DNA of 64,000 nt from Candidatus Marinacidobacterales bacterium. GTDB taxonomy: Bacteria; Acidobacteriota; Vicinamibacteria; Marinacidobacterales; SMYC01. The notes under the pieces are model-generated. The model was not told the origin of the DNA. It saw only the letters and a program-made list of their open reading frames with translations, and ran no database searches. This document shows, piece by piece, positions 47,675 through 58,899 of this stretch; the first letter of the stretch is position 1; each line of letters opens with the position of its first letter. Both the position numbers and the translations under genes were made by a program. The stretch covers positions 1,472,001 to 1,536,000 of the forward strand of contig CBDCYI010000011.1 in the NCBI GenBank assembly GCA_965224085.1. Reading direction: 5' to 3'.

Positions 47675-48418
47675 GTGCAACATCTATTTCAGCGTTTTGG
47701 ATGGCTCCCCTTGGTCGCCGCCGGGGCCCTCTTGTTCTACGCCGCGCGGGATCTGCCTCGCATGGCAGATCCAACATCACCCGCCTCGACTCACGTTTCG
47801 CCGCGCTACATCGAGAGCGCCGTCGCGGAGACCGGCGCCCCGAATATGGTCACCGCCGTCCTCGCGGACTATCGCGCTTACGACACGCTTGGTGAGACCG
47901 TGGTCATCCTCACCGCGGGCCTCGCCTGCCTCCTGGTGCTCGGGTCGTTCGACCTCGGTCGCTCCGATCGCACCCAAAAGGATGCGATGGCCTATCAGTT
48001 CGGGAGCGACGTGCTCGACGCGACGAGTCGACTTCTCATCCCCTTCATCATCCTCTTCGCGGTCTACGTCGTCGTTCACGGACATACGAGCCCCGGAGGG
48101 GGCTTTCAAGGGGGTGCCATCTGCGCCGCCGCCATCATTCTCGTGCGGCTCGTGCGGGGACGGGCGCCCGGCCTGAAGCTTCTCCCGACCTCCACCGTGG
48201 GAATCGCTTCCATCGGCGTGATCATCTACACGGGCACAGGACTCGTCAGCTTGTTCTTCGAGAAAAATTTTCTCGACTATTCCGGCCTACCTCTTCCTTT
48301 TCATGGCGCACACTTGCGCGAGATGGGCTCGCTTTCCGTGGAGACGGGCGTCTTCATCGCGGTCACCGCAGTGATGGTATTGATTTTCGACGTTCTAACG
48401 ATGGGCGCAGAGGACTAA
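47675..48418 (+). CDS. mrpB: Na+/H+ antiporter subunit B
   Basis: NMVTAVLADYRAYDTLGE, GHTSPGGGFQGG. Confidence 0.92.
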   Translation: MQHLFQRFGWLPLVAAGALLFYAARDLPRMADPTSPASTHVSPRYIESAVAETGAPNMVTAVLADYRAYDTLGETVVILTAGLACLLVLGSFDLGRSDRTQKDAMAYQFGSDVLDATSRLLIPFIILFAVYVVVHGHTSPGGGFQGGAICAAAIILVRLVRGRAPGLKLLPTSTVGIASIGVIIYTGTGLVSLFFEKNFLDYSGLPLPFHGAHLREMGSLSVETGVFIAVTAVMVLIFDVLTMGAED

Positions 48419-48429
48419 AGGATTAGCGC

Positions 48430-48798
48430 GTGGAAGCCGATACTCTTAGTTCCGTGAACTATTGGCTTGCAGCTTCATTGTTCCTCATCGGCACATACGG
48501 CATCCTTGCGCGACCACATCTCGTTCGGAAGCTCATGGCGATGAACATCCTTCAAGTCGCCGTCATCGTTTTTTTCATCATTCTGGGATTCAAGAGCGAG
48601 GCAACGCCGCCGATCGCGCGCCACGGGGACGAGACTCCGATCGCGCGCGACTACATCAATCCGCTGCCTCACACGCTCATGCTGACCGCCATCGTCGTCA
48701 GCGTCAGCACGACGGGCGTGGCTCTCGCGCTGCTCATCCGGATCCACCGTCGCTACGGAACTTTGGATGAGACCGAGCTAATCGAGAAGCTGAAGTAG
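48430..48798 (+). CDS. mrpC: Na+/H+ antiporter subunit C
   Basis: NPLPHTLMLTAIVV, YGTLDE. Confidence 0.92.
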   Translation: MEADTLSSVNYWLAASLFLIGTYGILARPHLVRKLMAMNILQVAVIVFFIILGFKSEATPPIARHGDETPIARDYINPLPHTLMLTAIVVSVSTTGVALALLIRIHRRYGTLDETELIEKLK

Positions 48799-48803
48799 CA
48801 ATA

Positions 48804-50261
48804 GTGGATCACGGACCGATCCTGATCGTTGTCGTACCTCTTACGAGCGCGCTTATCATCCCATTCCTCGCTATGGGTGGCGGGCAACTCGCGCGCGGCG
48901 GATTGCTCTTCGCGACTGCGGGCTCTCTGCTTTGCTCGCTCGTCTCGCTCCGCGCGAGTCTCGGTGGCGAGGCAATTAGCTATCACGTCGGCGGCTGGCC
49001 TCCACCATGGGGTATCGAGGTCATCATCGATCCGCTGAGTGGAGTCATGGCGACTCTCGTGAGCTTCCTTGCCCTGCTCGCCACGTTTTACAGCGGACCT
49101 TATCTCAGCAGCTGGACAGCGCGCCGCACCGGAACCTTCTGCAGCGTCTTTGCTCTTCTCGTGACGGGTCTTCAAGGGATCGTCGTGACCGGCGACCTGT
49201 TCAACCTCTACGTCTTCCTCGAGATCTCGTCCATCTCCGCCTACGCGCTCCTCTCGACGGGCGGCAGCAAAGCGATCGTCGCCGTCTTCCGCTATCTGTT
49301 GATTGGAACGGTCGCGGCGAGCTTCTATTTGATCGGCGTAGGCTATCTCTACGCCATGACGGGTACGCTGAACATGGCCGACATGGCGGCTCGTTTGCCC
49401 GAGACGTCAGGCTCCCCCATCATCGTCGTCGCCGTTTCGTTCATCGTGATAGGGCTCGCCATCAAAGCCGCTCTTTTCCCGCTTCACGGATGGCTGCCCG
49501 ACACCTACACGTACGCACCCGGCCCGGTGATTGGGTTCGTCGCCGCCGTCATGACGAAAGTGAGCGCCTACGCGCTCTACCGCATTTTGTTCTATGTCTT
49601 CGTCGCGGATACGGGCCCGCGAGAGCCCCTGTTTCTTCTTGGCTGGGCCTCTGTCATCGCTGTGGTCGCGGGCTCGTTGATGGCACTCGCTCAAAAAGAC
49701 GTTCAGCGCATGCTCGCCTATTCGAGCATCGGCCAGATGGGATACATCATGCTCGGGATCGCGATCGGAACACCGCTCGCGCTGACGGGCGCCCTTCTAC
49801 ATGTCGTCAACCATGCCGTCATGAAGGGCTGTCTCTTCATGGCCGTGAACGGAGTCCAATGGCGTGTCGGTGTCTTTCGCGTGCTCGATTTCGCGGGCAT
49901 GGGTCGTAAGCTTCCGTTGACGATGGCGGCCTTCACGGTCGCCGCTCTCTCCATGATCGGGCTTCCCCCGACCGCCGGATTCTTCAGCAAGTACTACCTC
50001 GCGCTCGCCGCGCTCGAGTCGGGCTACACGCCGTTTCTCGCGGCGCTCGTCTTGTCGAGTCTCCTGGGGGCCATCTATTTCTTCCGCGTGCTCGAGAAAG
50101 CCTATCTCAGCCCCCAGAACGACGAAAGGCCGCGCGACACGAGCGAGCTTCCCTTCCCGATGCTCGCGCCCATCCTGACGCTGGCGGTTCTTGTGCTTCT
50201 CCTCGGTATCTTCAATCAAACTTTCGTGACCGAGCTCATCCGCCCAGGGCTTCCCTCGTGA
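48804..50261 (+). CDS. mrpD: Na+/H+ antiporter subunit D (first copy)
   Basis: GGWPPPWGIE, DLFNLYVFLEI, FPLHGWLP, RMLAYSS. Confidence 0.92.
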   Translation: MDHGPILIVVVPLTSALIIPFLAMGGGQLARGGLLFATAGSLLCSLVSLRASLGGEAISYHVGGWPPPWGIEVIIDPLSGVMATLVSFLALLATFYSGPYLSSWTARRTGTFCSVFALLVTGLQGIVVTGDLFNLYVFLEISSISAYALLSTGGSKAIVAVFRYLLIGTVAASFYLIGVGYLYAMTGTLNMADMAARLPETSGSPIIVVAVSFIVIGLAIKAALFPLHGWLPDTYTYAPGPVIGFVAAVMTKVSAYALYRILFYVFVADTGPREPLFLLGWASVIAVVAGSLMALAQKDVQRMLAYSSIGQMGYIMLGIAIGTPLALTGALLHVVNHAVMKGCLFMAVNGVQWRVGVFRVLDFAGMGRKLPLTMAAFTVAALSMIGLPPTAGFFSKYYLALAALESGYTPFLAALVLSSLLGAIYFFRVLEKAYLSPQNDERPRDTSELPFPMLAPILTLAVLVLLLGIFNQTFVTELIRPGLPS

Positions 50262-51772
50262 ACGACCCATTGATCTCGGGCGGCCCGCTAGCAGCAGTCC
50301 TCGTATCCCTTGTCGCCGCGGTCGCGATCTTCGTGCTTCGCAACCACCCGAACCTTAGGGAAGCCTGTACGCTCGCGGCAGCCGTCATCAAGTTTGCGAT
50401 CGTCTTCTCGATGCTCCCGATGGTGCTCCATGGCGTCATCCTCGAGAGCCGGCCGCTCGAGCTCGTACCCGGCTGGGAGCTCCATCTCCGCGCCGACGCG
50501 TTCGGAATGGTTTTCGCGTTGCTTGCATCGTCTCTATGGGTGATCACCTCCGTCTACTCGATCGGCTATATGCGAAGCGGCGGCTATACCCACCAGACTG
50601 GCTACTACGCGAGCTTTGCGGTCTGCTTGTCGAGCGCTATTGGGATCGCGTTTGCGGCCAACCTAGCGACGTTCTTTGTTTTCTACGAAATCCTCACCAT
50701 AGCGACCTACCCGCTCGTGATTCATCGCCGCAACGAGGAAGCGGTCGCCGGAGGGCGCAAATATCTCGCCTACACGCTCATTGCAGGACAGGCGCTGCTC
50801 GTGGCGGTCGTTTGGACCGCGAGCCTGGCGCCCGGTGCAACTTTCCAGCCGGGAGGCTTTCTCTCGGGAAGTGCGTCACCTGGAACACTCCGGGCGCTCT
50901 TCGTGCTGTTCATCATCGGGATTGGCGCCAAAGCCGCTATCATGCCGCTTCACGGATGGCTCCCCGCCGCGATGGTGGCGCCGACGCCGGTGAGCGCGCT
51001 TCTTCATGCCGTTGCTGTCGTCAAAGCAGGTGCGTTCGGATGTGTACGTATCGTGGCGTTCGTGTTCGGCGTCGACCTCACAAGCGGGCTCGGGCTCGCG
51101 AACATCCTAGCGTTCGCCGCGGGGGCAACGATTCTCATCGCTTCGATGCGCGCGCTCGGAGAGGATCATTTAAAGAGGCGCCTCGCTTATTCGACCGTGA
51201 GCCAGCTCTCTTACATCGTACTCGGCGCGGCACTGGGCTCACTTCACGCCCTCGTTGGGGCGATATTTCACATCGCGGCGCATGGGTTCATGAAGATCAC
51301 GTTGTTTTTCTGCGCCGGCTCGATCTACACGAAGACCCACAAAGAGTACATCGACGACCTTCGTGGGCTAGGGCGTGAGATGCCGGTAACTTTCGGCGCG
51401 TTCACGCTTGGCGCCCTCGGCCTCGCAGGGATGCCCATATTTGCGGGCTTTCTCAGCAAATGGAACCTCGGCTTGGGAGCGCTCAAAGCCGATCACACGG
51501 TTTATGTCGGCGTTCTAGTCTTGAGTGGTCTCTTGAACTTCGCTTATTTCTTTCCGATCGTCTATACGGGTTTCTTCGGAAAAAGTGACGCACCCTTTCG
51601 CTTCGAGGAGGCCTCCGTTCTTCTTTGGCTTCCTTTAGCCGTGACCGGTGTGGCCTCGATCGTGCTCGGCGTCTTTCCAGATCTAGGGCTTCACTTCTAT
51701 CAACTCGCCTGGCAGGCGGCCGAGAGCCTCGTGGCGCCCGCGCGGATCATGCTGGCGGGAGCCGGCGGATGA
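50258..51772 (+). CDS. mrpD: MrpD-family antiporter subunit (second copy)
   Basis: FYEILT, MPLHGWLPAAMVAPTPVSALLHAVAVVKAG, RRLAYST. Confidence 0.9.
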   Translation: MNDPLISGGPLAAVLVSLVAAVAIFVLRNHPNLREACTLAAAVIKFAIVFSMLPMVLHGVILESRPLELVPGWELHLRADAFGMVFALLASSLWVITSVYSIGYMRSGGYTHQTGYYASFAVCLSSAIGIAFAANLATFFVFYEILTIATYPLVIHRRNEEAVAGGRKYLAYTLIAGQALLVAVVWTASLAPGATFQPGGFLSGSASPGTLRALFVLFIIGIGAKAAIMPLHGWLPAAMVAPTPVSALLHAVAVVKAGAFGCVRIVAFVFGVDLTSGLGLANILAFAAGATILIASMRALGEDHLKRRLAYSTVSQLSYIVLGAALGSLHALVGAIFHIAAHGFMKITLFFCAGSIYTKTHKEYIDDLRGLGREMPVTFGAFTLGALGLAGMPIFAGFLSKWNLGLGALKADHTVYVGVLVLSGLLNFAYFFPIVYTGFFGKSDAPFRFEEASVLLWLPLAVTGVASIVLGVFPDLGLHFYQLAWQAAESLVAPARIMLAGAGG

Positions 51773-51984
51773 AACGCATCTATATCGCAACTGCGATTTT
51801 CGTCGTTTCGACAGCGGCTCTCGAGCTTGCTTTCCGTCACCTCGCCCATGCTTCATTTCTCTGGCACAGGCTTCCCGCTTTCGATTTCGTCTACGGATTT
51901 CTCGGCTGCGGCCTCATCGTTTTTGGCTCGAAATGGGTCGGGCATAAGTTCGTGCAGCACGACGAGCACTATTACGAACGATGA
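51769..51984 (+). CDS. Small membrane protein within the mrp operon
   Basis: ATGA-coupled on both sides; 2 TM; ends DEHYYE. Confidence 0.8.
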   Translation: MKRIYIATAIFVVSTAALELAFRHLAHASFLWHRLPAFDFVYGFLGCGLIVFGSKWVGHKFVQHDEHYYER

Positions 51985-53695
51985 TACATCCCGGCTTCGT
52001 CCTCTTTCTGACCGCGGTCATCGTGCCACTCGTTCGCGGGACCGCACGGCGAGTCGTGCTCGCGGCCGGCACCGTGGCCGCGCTCATCAGCTGGCAGTCG
52101 CTTGATTTTACATCCGGCTGGCACTTCACCGTCGCCGGCTATTCGCTCACGCTCCTCCACGTCGATCCGCTGAGCCTCGTCTTCTCGCTGATCTTCACGC
52201 TCGTGACCTTCGTGGGCATCTTGTATGCGCTCCATAACAACCGTGCCGGCGAGCATGTCGCAACACTCGTCTATGCAGGCTCCTCGCTGGGCGTTGTCCT
52301 GGCGGGAGATTGGGCGACCCTGTTCGTGTTCTGGGAGCTCATGGCGGTCTCGTCGCTCTTCTTGATTTGGCAGAGGGAGACGGAGCGCTCGGCGCGCGCG
52401 GGCTATCGTTACTTGCTCGTTCATATCTTCGGCGGCTCGCTTTTGTTTGCGGGTATCCTCGTGCATCTCGCCCGGGGCGGAGGGTTCGCCGTCTCGGCCT
52501 TGACGACATCTGAAGCCGACCCCCTCGCCTTCTGGCTAATCCTTCTCGGAGTCGCCATCAACGCCGCCATCCCGCCGCTTCATGCGTGGTTGACCGATGC
52601 TTACCCCGAAGCTTCTGTGACCGGTAGTGTCTTCTTGAGCGCATTCACCACCAAAACTGCGGTGTACGTGCTTTTGAGGCTCTTTCCAGGCGCGGACGTT
52701 CTCGTTTGGGCAGGTGTCACGATGGCGCTCTATGCGTGGTCTACGCCGTTCTCGAGAACGACATTCGCCGCCTTCTCGCCTATCACATCGTGAGCCAAGT
52801 CGGATATATGGTGGCGGGCGTCGGGATGGGCACGTCGCTCGCGCTCGATGGGGCGACCGCGCATGCCTTCAGCCACATCCTCTATAAATCGCTCTTGTTC
52901 ATGGGGATGGGGGCTGTTATCTACGCGACCGGGCTGCGCAAGCTGACCGAGCTCGGCGGCATCGCTAACCGAATGAAGCTCGTCGTAGTCCTCTACGCCG
53001 TCGGAGCTTGTTCGATCTCCGGATTCCCCCTCTTCAACGGCTTCATCAGCAAGTCCATGATCATCTCCGCCGCGGCGGAGGAGCATTTGCCCATTGTCGA
53101 GCTGTTATTGACTTTGGCGAGCATCGGTACCTTCTTGTCCACCGGACTCAAGCTTCCCTACTTCACGTTCTTCGGCCCTAAAAAAGATCTCGAGCTTCGG
53201 CCCCTCCCCTGGAACATGCTCTTGGCGATGGGCGTCGGCGCCATTCTCTGCACACTCTACGGCGTCGTCCCCAGTCTGCTCTACGGCCTACTGCCCTTCG
53301 GAGCGGAATACCATCCGTATACGCTGGATCACGTGGTGTCGGCGTATCAGCTTCTGGCCGGAACCGCCATCGCATTTTGGCTCCTTCTCGGAAAACTCGG
53401 AGGCGAAGCGACCGTCAGCGTCGACACGGACTGGTTTTATCGAAGACCTTTCAGAGCGCTCGTCGAACAGCTCGTCGCCGGGATCCGTTCAGCAGGACAA
53501 TCTGTGTCGGCGGCCGGTCGCGCCTTGGTGGCCCGCGCCTGGGCATTCAGTCAAGCCCCGACCGGAGCGCGCAGCTTTCCTGACAACCCACAAGCAGAGG
53601 ATTACGACCCGTACCGTTTTCGCTTCCCGATCGGCATGACGGTCTTCTGGGTCGTCGTCTATTTTACGTTCGTCGCTATCGCCGCCTTGCTGTAG
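51981..53695 (+). pseudogene. mrpD: MrpD-family antiporter subunit (third copy), frameshifted at about 52734
   Basis: FWELMA, PPLHAWLTDAYPEA; CTC TAT G(G)C GTG GTC lacks one G, then NDIRRLLAYH in the next frame. Confidence 0.85.
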
Positions 53696-53897
53696 GGGTC
53701 GCCGAGCCTTTGCGCGCTTTCGACACTCGTACACTTTTCGCGAGGCGTCGTCCATGCGGCCAACGGCGATTTTGGAGGAAGCCGCCGCATCCATCACACA
53801 CAAGGCCTTGAGCCTCAGCCCCACGCATGACCACCAGGACGGCGAGGAGCCCAGCTGGACGTGCCTGCGCCTCGAGCTCGAATCCAGCTAGCGAGCG

Positions 53898-54280
53898 TCA
53901 GGAGGTCTTGCTGACGTTGGTCAGGCGCACCGGCTCAGACGAATAGTTCTCGATTTCGAGCTGCTTCGTTTCCATATCGAGCGTGATTTTGACGCCGATC
54001 GCCATAACGCCCTGACCCTTGTTCTCTTCGTCGAGGTCGAGGACGATGATGCTCAAGTCGTAGTCGTAGGTCCGAGGGCGATTCACGGCCTCCCAATCGG
54101 GAATGGGCCGGTCGAGAGCGAGGACAATACGCCGTTTGCCGTCCATGCGGAAGTCGCGAGCGTACTTGATGCGCTGGCTCGGGAACGACCCCTGTCGCGC
54201 GACGGGGCCTCGCGTCCCTGTCATACGCATGAAACCACACTCCTACTGGTCCCGGAGTGCTTTGATCAGGCCGTCCTCAC
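53898..54280 (-). pseudogene. C-terminal remnant of a conserved-looking hypothetical protein, with internal TAG
   Basis: EDGLIKALRDQ*ECGF...RRIVLALDRPI..WEAVNRPRTYDY; TAG at 54243-45; N-terminus replaced by the upstream gene. Confidence 0.65.
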
Positions 54281-55747
54281 GCCGGGAAGCGAAGGCCCAA
54301 AGTACGGGAAGTCAGATCCAGCCGCAGGGCTTACCTTGAAGCCGAGATTGAGAAACGGATACCAATTGTCGGTGACGAGGCGCCCGCCCTGCAAGACTTC
54401 GACGAAGTCGACCAGGTTGAATGGAACGTCCAGCACGAGGCCGCGCCGGCCGTTGAACGACCGGCCGTAATGCGCGTAGCCGGAGACGCCGCCCTGGCGG
54501 TGCGAGTCTTCGAACACCTCGTGATACGAGAAATAACGATCCGCCGGCAAGTGGATGGGCCGTTCCAGGTTGTGGTGAATCGTGTGGCCGCGTTGTGTCG
54601 TCCGCGGATCCTCCTGGCCCGACGCGATCATGTGGCCGTCGTGAAGGAAGCGCCCTGCCTTTCCCCAGGCTGGCTGCCGGAAATGCGTCGTCACGATGTT
54701 GCCCATCTCGAGGAGGTTGCCGACATGCACGTCCTCGGCCGCGACGAACCCCCACATTGCGGCATCCTCGGTTTCGTCGCGCATGAGATGAAGGTGATCG
54801 TCACCCGAGTACCAGCCGCGGCTCGGCTGATCAATGTAGCGCTCGAGGCTGACCGCCGCATTGGTGGTCTCTCCGGCCTTTACGTCGATCGTCCCCTCGT
54901 ACACCCGATATTCCGGCCCTTTCGAGGCGACGAGCTGATAGGCCCCGGCCGGGACGACGGCTTCGTAACGGCCGTCGACGTAGAACACCTGCCGATTCGT
55001 GCTCGGCCAGACGAGTCGCGGCGCCGTCCACAAAAGCCGGGTGTCGTCCGCGTAGCGATGAAGAAGCAGGGAACGCTCCGATGGCAGCGGCGTGCGTCCG
55101 GTGCCGTCGTACAGGCCGAGACGCGCCGGCACCACGCGGGCGGTCTGCGCGTCCCGAACCTCCAGTCGTAGGGTCCCGACGGGCGCAGCCGCCGGCGTGC
55201 GTCCACTGCGAACGATCGTCAAGTCGCACAGAGCGATGCCGCCGCGCGCCGCAACCGCCAGGTCGGTTCCCTGGATCCCCTGGCCGGCGAAGCGCGCCCG
55301 GTCGAGCCGGACCGTAACTTTGCGCAACTCGGCGCCGGACTCCGGAGTCACCGGTTCCGACATACCGTAGCCGTTCCCAGCGTTCTGGTCCCAGCCCACG
55401 GTGAACGGCTGCGTCAGCTCGGGCGCGTACATCAGCGTCACATCGACAGGCTCATCGACGTCGAACGCATAGCGGTCGTCGATGTCGAACGCGAAAAGAT
55501 CGCCGAACAAACAGGACCTTCCACCGATAGTCTTCATCGACGTCGGGACTTTGCTGCCACGCACGCCGAGCTCCGACCGATTGACGTCGAGGACTCGCGT
55601 AATGCGATCTTTCGGCCACGTCAGAGCTACCACACGACGTGCCTCCGTACCGTGCGCTCCCAACGCGTGGACGCCGCTGGTCAAAAACAGGCTCGAGACC
55701 GCCAGAAAAGCTCCCGGGACGGCACCTCGCGACTTTCTCGTCCGCAT
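54266..55747 (-). pseudogene. CehA/McbA-family (PHP-like) metallohydrolase, C-terminally truncated
   Basis: GWYSGDDHLH, SGYAH, AGSDFPY; breaks off at LPGV. Confidence 0.75.
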
Positions 55748-55798
55748 TCTTCTCTCCCCTGAATATGTTCTAGGCATGCCAGTACTCGAACCCGCTGC

Positions 55799-58363
55799 CT
55801 AGCGACCCCCATTCGAGGCGGAAGAAGCTTCGGCAAGAAATCCCGAGTAGATGGCGCGCGCTTCGTCGAACTGGGCGAACACGTGTTGTTTCTCTTTTTC
55901 CGAGCGCCAGCCAGGCCACTCCTCTGCCATCTGCCGCAACTTGTCGATCCAGCGGATCGAGTACTCCGCAGAGGCGCGACTGCGGACAGGTTGTCCACCC
56001 ACGTCGACCCACACAGGATTCGTGAAGCCCTGCGCATAAACGGCATCGAGCGGAAAACGCTCGCCGGGATCACCTTCCGCCCGTAGATGGAACCAGCCGC
56101 TCTCTTGAACGGGGTAGGATTTTTCGAGATCGAAGTCGTTTCGCTCTCCGGACAAAGTGAACTCGTCAATCACTTCGCCGTTATGGACGAGAATAACTTT
56201 CTGAAGCGGCGTGATGCTCTTCACATGGGCCGTCACATCGACGGAGCCTCCTCCGGTTCCGAGCTCGACCGTTTCCCCGGGCATGCGACCGTTCACCGTC
56301 AGCTCCACGAGCGGACCCGACGACACGAACGCGCGTCCCTCTCTCAACCCCTGGAACCACGCGTCCATGTCGAGCCCTCGGCCCCCGGTAAATACATAGG
56401 TTCTCACCGACCCGACGAGCTTGCTCCGTTGCAGATTGCTGATGGAGTCTTCACCGCCGGTCGCCGTTACCCTAACGCCGTTGTTGAGCGTCGCATACCA
56501 AGGATGAAAGCCCGCACGCCCCGCCTGAGCCCATTCCACTCCATCGGTGGTACCGAGCGCGGCATCGACTATGTAGCCTTTGGCGCCGCCTAGACTCCCC
56601 TCGAGCGGATCGCTCTCTCCACCGAAGGCATGGACGTAGCCGACCGTGGCCCCCTGCGCTCTCGCCTTTCTGAACATGTCGGTGTTGCTCGGGTAGAGAC
56701 TCTCGATCGCGGTGCCTTCATAGCCCGTGGTGAAGGGCGAGATCAGGTGGTCTCTCATCCCGAACAGGAACACGTGTCCGTAGAACGGGGGACGGTATTC
56801 CTGCCCGACGACGAGGAGCCGCTCAGGCGTCGACAGGGGATGGGGGCCGCCGCCCGGGACAAAGTGGTGATAGTCGAGAATGCGATTGTCTTTGTTGGCG
56901 ACTTGCTCGTTGACGACGTCCTGATCTTCGGCGGCCGACATCATCATCAGGTTCTCGAGCGTGTTGTGAAGGTTGCCGCCGTAGTTCATGTGAACGTGAG
57001 TGGAACCGCTATACCACCCCTTGGCAGCCATGTCCGTCATCGGCTCGAGCTCGACCGTGAGTTGAACCACTTCGTTTGCGTGAATCTCGACGTCGAGCTT
57101 TTTCGGCCAGTGCTCGAATCCTTTGACGACGTTCAACGCGACGCCTCCCGCCGGCACTTCGACGCGGAACTCACCGGTGTGGTGAAAGACGTCGTCTCCG
57201 ACGCCGCTCGCGCGCGCGTAAGCGTCGGCGGGCGCATAGAACTTGCCGTCCGACGCCGTCAAATGGACGCGCGAGCCCGTAGGCTCGGAAACACCTGCAA
57301 TCACGGTCCGCACCGAGAGCACGCCCATCGGGCGTTTCCACCGCCGGTCGATGAAACGGACCGTTCGCTGGGCCCCGCCGTAGGTCTCGAGGAGCGCGAG
57401 CTGCGGCAGACCGCTCTCGTTCGAGATATAGGCGATCCACTTGCCGTCGGGCGAGAACCGGGGGTGGAACGCGTCGTGGCCGAAAAACGTCATCTTGTAC
57501 GGTTCACCGCCAGCCGTCGGCTGCACGTAGAGGTTCGTGAACTGATCGGACGAGCCTCCGGTTGACGCATAGATGAAGCGCTTGCCATCCATCGACACGT
57601 CGGGCCGCGTTCGATAGAGCGTCTGTTCCGACAATACGGTTTGGCCCTCTTCGATCCCGCTCGTGGCCGCCGGCACGCGCACAACGTTTCCCGACCCCAG
57701 AGGAACGTTCCGGTTAGAGACGATCAGGAGCTCGCGACCGTCCGGAAGCCAGGACGGCGTGATAGCCATGTCCCATTCTCCGAAATACAGTCGATTGTTC
57801 CCATAGTTGTTGTCCCTCGAGACGGCGATCTCTTCGCCGCTCCATTGCCCGTTTTGGATGGCTCGAACATAGATGTTGAAATAGCCGTTCGGTTTCGTCG
57901 AGACATAGGCAATGCGGCTCCCGTCGGGAGAGAAGACAGGATCCACGTAGATGTGCTCATCATCGGTGAGTGCATGGCTCTCCCCGGTGTCGATGTTGAC
58001 GATCTCGAGCTGGATCGTTTGTCTATCGTCAGCGGTGTAAACGATCCATTTGCCGTCGGGAGAAACGTCCGGCAACGAGTGGTACTTTTTGTTATAAGTG
58101 AGCTCCCACGCCCGGCCGCTTTCGGGGTCGACTCTCCAGATGGAGCCGCTCATCGCGACCGCGATCCACTCGCCGTCGGGCGACCAGTCGGGCGACCACG
58201 GCGTCGAGCTCGGCGCCGGCGGGAAGTAGAAATTGTACATATAGTTTCCACCGTGCTTCGACCCCGGATAGGGCCGCTCCCGTTGAGCGGCACTCGTCCC
58301 CGAGACGAAAGCCAATAGTGCCATTGCCGAGACCGTCCGCAGGGCAAAAGAGTATTTCCTCAT
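55799..58363 (-). CDS. TolB-like (PD40) beta-propeller + CehA/McbA-family metallohydrolase
   Basis: SD AAGGAG, signal peptide, repeated WSPDG/FSPDG, GWYSGSTHVH, GYVH, GGEDS, FTNPVW. Confidence 0.88.
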   Translation of the reverse strand: MRKYSFALRTVSAMALLAFVSGTSAAQRERPYPGSKHGGNYMYNFYFPPAPSSTPWSPDWSPDGEWIAVAMSGSIWRVDPESGRAWELTYNKKYHSLPDVSPDGKWIVYTADDRQTIQLEIVNIDTGESHALTDDEHIYVDPVFSPDGSRIAYVSTKPNGYFNIYVRAIQNGQWSGEEIAVSRDNNYGNNRLYFGEWDMAITPSWLPDGRELLIVSNRNVPLGSGNVVRVPAATSGIEEGQTVLSEQTLYRTRPDVSMDGKRFIYASTGGSSDQFTNLYVQPTAGGEPYKMTFFGHDAFHPRFSPDGKWIAYISNESGLPQLALLETYGGAQRTVRFIDRRWKRPMGVLSVRTVIAGVSEPTGSRVHLTASDGKFYAPADAYARASGVGDDVFHHTGEFRVEVPAGGVALNVVKGFEHWPKKLDVEIHANEVVQLTVELEPMTDMAAKGWYSGSTHVHMNYGGNLHNTLENLMMMSAAEDQDVVNEQVANKDNRILDYHHFVPGGGPHPLSTPERLLVVGQEYRPPFYGHVFLFGMRDHLISPFTTGYEGTAIESLYPSNTDMFRKARAQGATVGYVHAFGGESDPLEGSLGGAKGYIVDAALGTTDGVEWAQAGRAGFHPWYATLNNGVRVTATGGEDSISNLQRSKLVGSVRTYVFTGGRGLDMDAWFQGLREGRAFVSSGPLVELTVNGRMPGETVELGTGGGSVDVTAHVKSITPLQKVILVHNGEVIDEFTLSGERNDFDLEKSYPVQESGWFHLRAEGDPGERFPLDAVYAQGFTNPVWVDVGGQPVRSRASAEYSIRWIDKLRQMAEEWPGWRSEKEKQHVFAQFDEARAIYSGFLAEASSASNGGR

Positions 58364-58453
58364 GGGAAGTCTCCTTTGAGTCTTGTCCAAACCATCTGTT
58401 CACACAACAGCCGATTCTAATCGCGATCGAGTCCCAAGCTCAATGCCAATTAG

Positions 58454-58691
58454 GACCCCGTAACCGGCTATGAGAGCCCGAACAGGGCCGGGCGCATCGA
58501 TCCGCGGTTCACGAGAATCAGATACATTTCGAGCCGTGGCAAGATGGACTACGCCGCCCTGCAAACCGGCGCCAGGCGTCGCTTCAGGGACAACTTTCAG
58601 GTGGGCGTCACGTGGACCTTGACGTTGCTCAAGAATGACCAGTCGCGATCATGGGCGGTCGGCGCCGTTCGCTTTCCGCGTAGAGTTCTAG
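58454..58691 (+). pseudogene. TonB-dependent receptor remnant (internal piece fused to the C-terminal end)
   Basis: DPVTGY...DPRFTRI...DYAALQ...FQVGVTWTL, then a frame-shifted FAFRVEF* beta-barrel terminus. Confidence 0.6.
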
Positions 58692-58706
58692 GCAACCCGC
58701 TCGTTT

Positions 58707-58737
58707 TGGGAGCCGCCCTTTTGCCGGGCGGCTCCCA
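58707..58737 (+). terminator. Terminator hairpin after the receptor remnant
   Basis: 12-bp stem TGGGAGCCGCCC/GGGCGGCTCCCA. Confidence 0.7.
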
Positions 58738-58781
58738 TCCCATCCCTCTTCTCCGAGTGGCGAACGCGAGTTGGATGCAAT

Positions 58782-58811
58782 TTGACGATCTTCGGAGACG
58801 CTCCGTATAGT
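58782..58811 (+). promoter_or_regulatory. sigma70 promoter
   Basis: TTGACG-18 nt-TATAGT. Confidence 0.55.
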
Positions 58812-58899
58812 ATTTATAGACTTCACACACCAACTGAATAACGCCCAATCGCGTCGCCTTTTCGCCAAGGCGCTGCCTCAGGTCGAAACGGAGGTTTCC

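Noticed and set aside
53870-53900. tRNA 3'-end-like TCGAATCCAGC at the edge of the eroded region
   Set aside because: No matching T-stem 5' arm, no CCA and no cloverleaf
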